Positions 21,032 to 27,672 of a stretch of 38,391 nt of DNA are shown in pieces (position 1 is the first letter of the stretch; every line of letters starts with the position of its first letter). Origin of the DNA: Betaproteobacteria bacterium. GTDB taxonomy: Bacteria; Pseudomonadota; Gammaproteobacteria; Burkholderiales; SG8-39. The notes beneath the pieces are model-generated. The model worked only from the letters and a program-made list of their open reading frames with translations. It had not been told where the DNA came from and searched no databases. A program made the translations under genes and the position numbers. The stretch lies in assembly GCA_009693345.1 (NCBI GenBank), contig SHXL01000002.1, positions 1 through 38,391 on the forward strand, given 5' to 3'.

Positions 21032-21066
21032 GTACATCGCGTTTACAGCTCGCGCAGTTCCTCCGG

Positions 21067-21354
21067 CTAGGGTTTGCGCTTTGGTTTGACCAGGTCGGCC
21101 AGGCCTGCCAGCGGCCTGTAGGTCGCCGGTCCCTTTTCAGCTTCCTTCCCTCCCCCGCCCGCCCTTGCGGCAGCCTTTGCATCCTCATAGCGCGCGTGCT
21201 CGTCCTCGAGCAGCACCGCCTTGGCGAAGCGGGCGGGCAGGATGTGCGCCTCGCTGGCGGAATTTAGGCTGGATGCCGAATGGCGGTGCGCGATCACTTC
21301 GAACGGGATCTGGTTCTCCGCGAGATAGCTTCGTACGGTTAGCGGGATGGGCAT
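21067..21354 (-). pseudogene. YbaK/EbsC-like aminoacyl-tRNA deacylase domain, apparently truncated remnant
   Basis: The ATG at 21354 follows GGAG. The first ~53 aa (MPIPLTVRSYLAENQIPFEVIAHRHSASSLNSASEAHILPARFAKAVLLEDEH) look YbaK-like. The remaining 42 aa (ARYEDAKAAARAGGGGKEAEK...) do not, and the product is about 60 aa shorter than the family norm. Confidence 0.45.
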
Positions 21355-21416
21355 GGCGTTCTCCGAAGGAAAAAATCTCTCGTCTGAGAATTGTGCACTC
21401 TCCATCGGGGCGCAGC

Positions 21417-21443
21417 TTGACCACGGTCAAAATTACCTACAAT
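21417..21443 (+). promoter_or_regulatory. Candidate sigma70 promoter of the exonuclease gene (possible leaderless transcript)
   Basis: TTGACC-15 nt-TACAAT, with the -10 ending 6 nt before the ATG at 21450 and no Shine-Dalgarno. The -35 lies within the palindrome TTGACCacGGTCAA. Confidence 0.35.
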
Positions 21444-21449
21444 GAGCCC

Positions 21450-22064
21450 ATGTCCGGTCCAACTGCATTCGCCCTGCCGTCGGGCTTCCCGCGAGAGATT
21501 TCCCGCGAGGAGATGGCGGCCCTGCCGGTGCGGCGCTACGAGGGCGAGGTGGTGATGGTGGCCAGCCACCGCGAGATGGTGCGGGCGATGGACGACATCC
21601 GGCGCGAGAGCGTGTTCGGCTGGGATACCGAGACGCGGCCCGCGTTCCGCAAGGGCGAGATGCACCTGCCCAGCCTGGTGCAGGTGGCCACGGCGCGCGC
21701 GGTGTACCTGTTCGAGCTGCAGAAAATGGACCTTTCGGGCGCGGTGGCGGAGATCTTCGCCGCACCGGGAATCGTCAAGGCGGGGATCTCGGTGGCGGAC
21801 GACCTGAAAAAACTGGCGATGCTGTTTCCGCTCGATCCGGTGGCGGTGCTGGATGCCGGCACGGTGGCGCAGCGCCACGGCATGGAGCAGACGGGGCTGC
21901 GCAACCTGGCGGGGATTTTTCTCGGCTTTCGGGTGCCCAAGGGCGCGAAGACGACGAACTGGGCGGCGCCGCGCCTCTCGGCGCAGCAGGTCACCTACGC
22001 GGCGACGGACGCGTGGGCCTGCCGGGAGCTGTACCTGCGCTTTCGCGAACTGGGAATGGTCTAG
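21450..22064 (+). CDS. 3'-5' exonuclease (DEDDy, RNase D-like domain)
   Basis: 204 aa with the motifs FGWDTETRP (DxE), GISVADDLKKL and YAATDAWA (Yx3D). Confidence 0.87.
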   Translation: MSGPTAFALPSGFPREISREEMAALPVRRYEGEVVMVASHREMVRAMDDIRRESVFGWDTETRPAFRKGEMHLPSLVQVATARAVYLFELQKMDLSGAVAEIFAAPGIVKAGISVADDLKKLAMLFPLDPVAVLDAGTVAQRHGMEQTGLRNLAGIFLGFRVPKGAKTTNWAAPRLSAQQVTYAATDAWACRELYLRFRELGMV

Positions 22065-22087
22065 AAATCGGGGTCAGAGCCCGAATT
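22064..22087 (+). repeat. REP-A palindromic repeat, copy 6
   Basis: GAAATCGGGGTCAGAGCCCGAATT starts at the last base of the exonuclease TAG and lies upstream of the mazG-like RBS. Confidence 0.75.
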
Positions 22088-22108
22088 CACGCTCAACTGG
22101 AGAATCCG

Positions 22109-22447
22109 ATGATCGAGCTGCGTGACAGGCTGCGGAAATTCGTCGCCGAGCGGGACTGGGACCAGTTCCACTCGCCCAAGAACCTCGCCATGGCGCTCTC
22201 CGTCGAGGCCGCCGAGCTGGTCGAGCACTTCCAGTGGCTCACCGAGGCCGATTCGCAGCGCCTGGCGCCTGAGAAGCTCGCGGAAGTGCGCGACGAAATG
22301 GCCGACGTGCTGGTCTACCTCGTGCGCCTCGCCGACAAGCTGGACGTCGACCTGCTCGCGGCCGCGGCGGCGAAAATCGAAAAGAACACGCTTAAGTATC
22401 CCGCCGACAGGGTGCGCGGCAGCATGAAGAAATACAGCGAATACTGA
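22109..22447 (+). CDS. MazG-like nucleotide pyrophosphohydrolase (small single-domain type)
   Basis: 112 aa with the motifs RDWDQFHSPKNL, EAAELVEHFQW, EMADVLVYL and KYP. GGAG lies 7 nt upstream. Confidence 0.9.
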   Translation: MIELRDRLRKFVAERDWDQFHSPKNLAMALSVEAAELVEHFQWLTEADSQRLAPEKLAEVRDEMADVLVYLVRLADKLDVDLLAAAAAKIEKNTLKYPADRVRGSMKKYSEY

Positions 22448-22453
22448 ACGAAT

Positions 22454-22481
22454 GGATTCCCGCCTTCGCGGGAATGACGTC
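22454..22481 (-). repeat. REP-B hairpin repeat, copy 1 (also a convergent-gene terminator candidate)
   Basis: GGATTCCCGCcttcGCGGGAATGACGTC has an 8-bp stem (22456..22463 / 22468..22475). It is the reverse complement of the copy at 29184. Confidence 0.6.
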
Positions 22482-22487
22482 TCTGCG

Positions 22488-22820
22488 CTAAGCCTGCCAC
22501 ACCGCGTAGCCCTCTGCCTGCAGGGCGATCGCGAGCTCGACCTCCATGTCGCGCGCGGCCTCGTAGGGCATCGGGTTGGCGTAGGCATAGAGCCCGGGCA
22601 GCAGGCGCAGGCCGTAGCGCTACACGTAGGTATTCGCCCGGATCCCGGCCTTGTGCCTGGCGAAGCGCTTCTCGGGGCTGAGCCCGGTGCAGCCGACGTA
22701 GACGCAGGGCTTGAGCATGTCGCGGTTCGGGTTGGCGTTGCGGAAGCGCGCGTGGTTGAGCACGGCGCCGTCCAGTTCGATGACGTAGACGTTGTGGCGG
22801 GCGGCTTTCTTTCGTTTCAT
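22488..22820 (-). pseudogene. GIY-YIG-like small protein interrupted by an in-frame TAG
   Basis: MKRKKAARHNVYVIELDG...PCVYVGCTGLSPEKRFARHKAGIRANTYV-TAG(22620..22622)-RYGLRLLPGLYAYANPMPYEAARDMEVELAIALQAEGYAVWQA*. The same frame stays open and protein-like for 43 codons after the stop. Confidence 0.65.
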
Positions 22821-22881
22821 TTCTGCAGGGCATTTTATCGAGCAAGTCTGCAATAATCAGTATCCTGCCGGAGCGCCCCAG

Positions 22882-25206
22882 ATGAACCAGCACGCCGACA
22901 CCGAATCGCTTTCGCTCGCACGCTACGGCGTGGGCCAACCCGTGCCGCGCACCGAAGACCCGGTGCTGCTGCGAGGCGAAGGGCGCTACACCGACGACCT
23001 GAACGAGCCCGGCCAGGCCTACGCCTGGATAGTGCGCAGCGCGCATGCCCATGGACTGCTGAAGAACATCGATGCGGGCAGGGCGAAAGGCATGCCCGGG
23101 GTGCTCGCGATCTACACGGCCGCCGAGCTCGCCGCCTACGGTCCCCATAAATGCATGCCGCCGCTCCTGAACCGCGACGGCACACCGATGAAAAAGCCGG
23201 CGCGCCACGCGCTGGCGAGCGGCAAGGTGCGCTACGTCGGCGACCCGGTGGCCTGCGTGGTGGCCGAAACGGCGCTGCAGGCGCGTGACGCCGCCGAGGC
23301 AGTCGAGCTCGACATCCAGGCACTCCCTGCGACGAGCCTCGCCAGCGAAGCCGCGCAACCGGGCGCGCCCCAGCTCTACGACGACGTGCCGGGCAATGTC
23401 GCCTGCGATTACCACTTCGGCGACGCGGAAAGAGTCGCGGAGGCATTTCGGAATGCGTTCCATGTTTCGAAACTAAGCCTGAGAAATACGCGCCTGGTCG
23501 TGGCCGCGATGGAGCCGCGCGCGGCGATCTGCGCCTACGACGCGCCTTCGGGCCGCTTCACGCTCACCGCGCCGGGCCAGGGCGTATTCGGCATGAAGGG
23601 CCAGTTGACGGAGATTCTCGGTCTCGCAGCGGAAAAGGTGCGCATCCGCAGCTACAACGTCGGCGGCTCCTTCGGCATGAAGGCCGCGATCTACCCGGAA
23701 TACGTTTGTCTCGCGCACGCCGCGCGCGCGCTCGGGCGGCCGGTGAAGTGGGCCGACGAACGCTCGGGCAGCTTCGTCTCCGACCACCACGGCCGCGACC
23801 ACGAGATGACCGCCGAGCTCGCGCTCGACAAGGCGGGCAGCTTTCTCGCGGTCCGCATCACCGGTTACGGCAACGTCGGCGCGTGGCTCAACATAGTGTC
23901 GCCGCTGATGGCGACGCTGAACGCGGTGAAGAACACGCCGGGCGTCTACCGCACGCCGCTGCTACAGGTTTCCAGCAAGGTAGTGTTCACCAACACCCCG
24001 CCCGTGGGCCCGTACCGCGGCGCCGGCCGCCCCGAGGGCAATTACTACATGGAGCGGCTGATCGACAACGCCGCAGCCGGGATGGGCATCGACCGGCTGG
24101 AATTGCGCCGGCGCAACCACGTCGCCCCGGGGCAAATGCCATACAAGGCTGCTTCCGACATGGTGTACGACAGCGGTGAGTTCGCGAATGTTTTCGAGAA
24201 GGCTTTGGAATTCGCAGATGTAAAGGGTTTTCCCGAAAGAAAAAAGAAAAGCAATTCCCGCGGCAGGCTCCGCGGCCTGGGCATCGGCAGCTACCTGGAA
24301 GTCACCGCGCCGCCCAACAAGGAAATGGGCGGCATCCGCTTCGAGAAGAACGGCGACGTGACGATCACCAGCGGCACGCTCGACTACGGCCAGGGGCACG
24401 CGACGCCGTTCGCACAGGTGCTCGCCGCGCAGCTCGGCATTCCCTTCGATCGCATCCGCCTGCGGCAGACCGATTCCGACGAAATCGTGTTCGGCGGCGG
24501 CACCGGCGGCTCGCGCTCGATGATGATGACCGGTGCGGCGATCGCGGAGGCCGCGCCGCTCGTGATCGACAAGGGGCGCGCGATCGCCGCGGAGACGCTT
24601 GAGGCCGCGGCAACGGACATCGAATTCCACAATGGGAATTTCGTGGTCGGCGGCACGGACAGGAAGATCGCGATACTCGAATTGGCGAAGAAACACCCGG
24701 GCAAGCTCGACGTCACGCACGTCACCGGCATGATTCCCTCCGCCTTCCCCAACGGCTGTCACGTGGCCGAGGTCGAGATCGACCCGGAAACCGGCGTGGT
24801 TCGGGTGGTGCGCTACGGCTCGGTCAACGACTTCGGCACCGTCATCAATCCGCTGCTGGTCGAAGGCCAGATCCACGGCGGCGTGCTGCAGGGCATCGGC
24901 CAGGTGCTGATGGAGACCGTGAAGTTCGACGAAACCGGCCAGCTCCTCACCGGCTCGTTCATGGACTACGCGCTGCCGCGCGCCGACGACGCGCCGCCCG
25001 AGTTCGGCGTCGCCAGCCACGCCGTACCGGCGACGAGCAACCCGCTGGGCGTCAAGGGCTGCGGCGAGGCCGGCTGCGCGGGCGCCCTCACCTCGGTGAT
25101 GAATGCGATCGTGGACGCGCTCTCCGAATACGGCATCCGGGCGTTCGACATGCCCGCGACGCCGGAGCGAGTCTGGCGCGCAATCCATGAGGCGAAAGAA
25201 AAATAA
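22882..25206 (+). CDS. Xanthine dehydrogenase/CoxL-family molybdopterin-binding large subunit (form II-like)
   Basis: 774 aa. It has the N-terminal a/b-hammerhead pattern (G.PV.R.ED..LL.G.G.Y.DD), GPYRGAGRPE, and the C-terminal GVKG.GE.G motif. Confidence 0.93.
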   Translation: MNQHADTESLSLARYGVGQPVPRTEDPVLLRGEGRYTDDLNEPGQAYAWIVRSAHAHGLLKNIDAGRAKGMPGVLAIYTAAELAAYGPHKCMPPLLNRDGTPMKKPARHALASGKVRYVGDPVACVVAETALQARDAAEAVELDIQALPATSLASEAAQPGAPQLYDDVPGNVACDYHFGDAERVAEAFRNAFHVSKLSLRNTRLVVAAMEPRAAICAYDAPSGRFTLTAPGQGVFGMKGQLTEILGLAAEKVRIRSYNVGGSFGMKAAIYPEYVCLAHAARALGRPVKWADERSGSFVSDHHGRDHEMTAELALDKAGSFLAVRITGYGNVGAWLNIVSPLMATLNAVKNTPGVYRTPLLQVSSKVVFTNTPPVGPYRGAGRPEGNYYMERLIDNAAAGMGIDRLELRRRNHVAPGQMPYKAASDMVYDSGEFANVFEKALEFADVKGFPERKKKSNSRGRLRGLGIGSYLEVTAPPNKEMGGIRFEKNGDVTITSGTLDYGQGHATPFAQVLAAQLGIPFDRIRLRQTDSDEIVFGGGTGGSRSMMMTGAAIAEAAPLVIDKGRAIAAETLEAAATDIEFHNGNFVVGGTDRKIAILELAKKHPGKLDVTHVTGMIPSAFPNGCHVAEVEIDPETGVVRVVRYGSVNDFGTVINPLLVEGQIHGGVLQGIGQVLMETVKFDETGQLLTGSFMDYALPRADDAPPEFGVASHAVPATSNPLGVKGCGEAGCAGALTSVMNAIVDALSEYGIRAFDMPATPERVWRAIHEAKEK

Positions 25207-25418
25207 ATGGAAAGGCCCCGCATGGGAGCGGGGCCTTGTGCCGGACTTCCACCGGCAGCGCCTATTGGGCGCTCTTAAAATCCCCGGCTTTCACCGAGGC
25301 TGAGGCTGTTGCCTGGCTGCCGCGTCTTTAGGGAGGCTCGGCACCGGGGGCACAGTATCCCGACGGTTGCCGGGAATCCCGCTAGTGCTGCCGATTTTCC
25401 GGCGGCCCTCACAGACTC
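25205..25418 (-). ncRNA. Candidate structured small RNA (family not recognised)
   Basis: On the minus strand a TTGACT-16 nt-TAATCT promoter (25452..25425) is followed about 210 nt later by the 25237..25212 hairpin plus T-tract. The interval contains several local hairpins and no credible ORF. Confidence 0.3.
25212..25237. terminator. GC-rich hairpin, terminator candidate for both strands
   Basis: AAGGCCCCGC-atggga-GCGGGGCCTT lies 6 nt after the xdh-family stop. On the minus strand it is followed by TCCATTTATTTTT. Confidence 0.6.
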
Positions 25419-25424
25419 GATTCG

Positions 25425-25452
25425 AGATTACGCCTCGCGCGCGCCAAGTCAA
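25425..25452 (-). promoter_or_regulatory. Candidate sigma70 promoter for the putative sRNA
   Basis: The minus strand reads TTGACTtggcgcgcgcgaggcgTAATCT, with a 16-nt spacer. It starts 30 nt downstream of the PIN gene stop. Confidence 0.35.
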
Positions 25453-25481
25453 CCGCCATCGCGCGCCGCATTTGATCCAGA

Positions 25482-25904
25482 TCAGAAGGCGCGCGGATTC
25501 AGGATGCGGAAGGCCTTGGTGCGGTGTGCGAGTTCCAGCAGCTTGTGGTCCTTGGTGACGAGGCACTCGGCGCGCGCGGCGAGCGCCAGCTCGAGGAATT
25601 TCTGGTCGTCCGGGTCGACGCAGCGCGGCAGCAGCTTGCGCTCAGCTTCGGGCGCCGCAGCATCGATGCGGCGCGCGATGCGCCGGCATTCGGCGAGGCA
25701 GGTCCCTTGCGCGGCGGCATCGAGCGTATGCCTGGCGAGATCGTAGGCGAGCACGCGTTCAAGCTCCGCTTCGCACGCGGCGTCGATGAAAATTTCCGCG
25801 CGCCTTTCGAAAACTTCTTTTTTTAAATAGAGAAGAGATAAATCGTTAAACACCAGCCAATCGAGCCAGATGTTGGTGTCGAGGACGATGCGCCGCTCAG
25901 TCAT
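25482..25904 (-). CDS. PIN-domain putative toxin (VapC-like, TIGR00305-type)
   Basis: 140 aa: MTERRIVLDTNIWLDWL ... VDPDDQKFLELA ... LVTKDHKLL. These include the conserved acidic PIN residues. The ATG overlaps the upstream gene stop (ATGACTGA). Confidence 0.83.
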   Translation of the reverse strand: MTERRIVLDTNIWLDWLVFNDLSLLYLKKEVFERRAEIFIDAACEAELERVLAYDLARHTLDAAAQGTCLAECRRIARRIDAAAPEAERKLLPRCVDPDDQKFLELALAARAECLVTKDHKLLELAHRTKAFRILNPRAF

Positions 25905-26316
25905 CGAGCAGCACCAGTTCCGGCGCCCCGCCCTTCTCCACGAACACGATCGCAATCTGCTCCAGCCGGCGGCCGAGCGCCTCGGTGTCCGCGCGGCCGA
26001 TGCCGACGACCAGCACGCTCGGCTCGGGCGTCCAGAGGTCTTCCGGGTCGCGGCCTTCGCCGGCGCGAAAGCGTATTTTCTTTTCCTTCAATACGTTTTT
26101 CAGGAAATCAAAGGCAACAGCATTCTCTGCGTCACTCCTGCGCTCGCCCTGCGGGTTGGCGACGGTGACGTAGGCGGCGCTCGCGGCGCCGTCGGCTTCG
26201 AGCAGCGCGTCGAGGTCGGCATTGGGTTCGCCGATCTTGATGACGAGCTCCGGCTCGCGGAAGACGACGTACAGCGCCGCGTTGTAGGCGGCGATCAATT
26301 CCGAACGAGGCGGCAT
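25897..26316 (-). CDS. DUF3293 domain-containing protein
   Basis: About 139 aa from ATG 26316, with an alternative GTG at 26334: ...LIAAYNAALYVV ... YVTVANPQGERRSDAENA ... EPSVLVVGI ... QIAIVFVE. Confidence 0.78.
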   Translation of the reverse strand: MPPRSELIAAYNAALYVVFREPELVIKIGEPNADLDALLEADGAASAAYVTVANPQGERRSDAENAVAFDFLKNVLKEKKIRFRAGEGRDPEDLWTPEPSVLVVGIGRADTEALGRRLEQIAIVFVEKGGAPELVLLDD

Positions 26317-26451
26317 GCGGCCCCAAGAGTACACGCGAGGAGAAATACGTAGCTATTTCCGGCGTTTACACGTAGAGTGCGGACCCTCGCAGTTTGATCC
26401 CGGCAAGCTTCCTTCGGTTTGGCAGCGTATCCGGCCAACCAAGGAATGCGC

Positions 26452-27672
26452 ATGAGCTTCTCCTCGCTCGGGCTCGACCCGTCCCTGCTTGCAACCCTGA
26501 CCGCGCTCGGCTACACGGCGCCCACGCCCGTGCAGCGCGAGGCGATTCCCGCCGCGCTCGCCGGCGGCGACCTGCTGGTGTCGTCGCAGACCGGCAGCGG
26601 CAAGACCGCCGCGTTCCTGCTGCCCGCGCTGCAGCGCCTGTACGCGCCCGCCGCCTCGGGCGGCATGGGCCCGCGTGTGCTGGTGCTCACGCCGACGCGC
26701 GAACTCGCGCTCCAGGTGCAGAAATCCACCCACAGCTACGGCAGCGGCCAGCGCTTGCGCACCGCGAGCGTGGTCGGCGGCATGCCCTACGGCCTGCAGC
26801 TCAAGCTGCTCTCGCGGCCCGTGGACATCGTCATCGCCACCCCGGGGCGGCTGAAGGACCACATGGACCGGCGCACCGTGAACCTCGGCCGCGTCGAACT
26901 GCTGGTGCTCGACGAAGCCGACCGGATGCTCGACATGGGCTTCCAGGAGGAAATCGACGCAATCGTCGCGCGCATCCCGAAAGAGCGCCAGACGATGCTG
27001 TTTTCGGCGACGCTGGAGGGTATCGTCGGCCGCCTCGCGCAGCGCGTGACGAAAAACGCGCAACGCATCGCGATTGCGCGGGTGACGGAAACCAAGCTGG
27101 ACATCACGCAGCACGCGCTGATGGCCGACAACCACGCGCACAAGCTGCGCATGCTCGATACGCTGTTGCGCGAGGAGGAAGTCGACCAGACGCTGGTCTT
27201 CACCGCCACCAAGCGCGCCGCCGAGGACCTCTCGGGCGAACTACTCGGCAAAGGCTTCGATGTGGGCGCGCTGCACGGCGACATGCGCCAGCGCGAGCGC
27301 AGCCAGATGCTGCAACGCCTGCGCGAGCGCAAGATGAAAGTGCTGGTGGCCACCGACGTCGCCGCGCGCGGCATCGACGTGCCCGGCATCAACCTGGTGG
27401 TGAACTACGACGCGCCGCGCCAGGCCGAGGACTACGTCCACCGCATCGGCCGCACCGGCCGCGCCGGCCGCGCCGGAGTGGCGGTGACATTCATCGGCCA
27501 CGAGGACCGGCACCTGGTGCGCCAGATCGAGCGCTTCACCGGCAACACGGTGAGCATGATGGTCATTCCGGGGCTCGAGCCCAAAGCCCGCGGCGCTTTT
27601 GCTTCGCGTGCTCTTCCAGCACGAGCAATCGCTGCGAATGGGCGCGAGCCTTCTCGCCGCCGGGGATATTGA
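26452..27672 (+). CDS. DEAD-box ATP-dependent RNA helicase (RhlE-like)
   Basis: Motifs: Q motif GYTAPTPVQ, SQTGSGKT, PTRELA, DEAD, SAT and HRIGRTGRAG. An alternative ATG lies at 26446. The 3' end overlaps the convergent nuclease gene by 110 nt. Confidence 0.92.
   Translation: MSFSSLGLDPSLLATLTALGYTAPTPVQREAIPAALAGGDLLVSSQTGSGKTAAFLLPALQRLYAPAASGGMGPRVLVLTPTRELALQVQKSTHSYGSGQRLRTASVVGGMPYGLQLKLLSRPVDIVIATPGRLKDHMDRRTVNLGRVELLVLDEADRMLDMGFQEEIDAIVARIPKERQTMLFSATLEGIVGRLAQRVTKNAQRIAIARVTETKLDITQHALMADNHAHKLRMLDTLLREEEVDQTLVFTATKRAAEDLSGELLGKGFDVGALHGDMRQRERSQMLQRLRERKMKVLVATDVAARGIDVPGINLVVNYDAPRQAEDYVHRIGRTGRAGRAGVAVTFIGHEDRHLVRQIERFTGNTVSMMVIPGLEPKARGAFASRALPARAIAANGREPSRRRGY

Noticed and set aside
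22315-25188. 382-aa and 408-aa minus-strand ORFs (22315..23463 and 23962..25188)
   Set aside because: They are antisense to the well-supported xanthine-dehydrogenase-family gene and to mazG. The composition is Arg/Gly/Ala-rich, and there is no RBS or domain signature.
25297-25308. Tandem hexamer GAGGCTGAGGCT in the spacer
   Set aside because: There are only two units, so it is too short to call a tandem repeat. It is more likely part of the local RNA structure.
25207-25481. Riboswitch or known housekeeping RNA (cobalamin, guanidine-I/ykkC, RNase P fragment, 6S, SRP, tmRNA)
   Set aside because: Isolated similarities occur (GGTGAAAGCCGGGG, CTAGCGGGATTCCCGGC, TAAGAGCGCCC, GGAAGTCCGG). They do not occur in the order or context required by those families. 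The spacer lies between convergent genes, so no downstream gene exists for a riboswitch on either strand. I kept it only as an unassigned sRNA candidate.
25291-25746. Small ORFs in the spacer (91 aa minus, 145 aa plus, and a 45-codon GTG ORF containing CPRC)
   Set aside because: They have no ribosome-binding sites and overlap the PIN gene in the wrong frame or strand. Their composition is typical of random GC-rich frames.
26353-27141. 262-aa minus-strand ORF
   Set aside because: It is antisense to the DEAD-box helicase, whose motifs are unambiguous on the plus strand.
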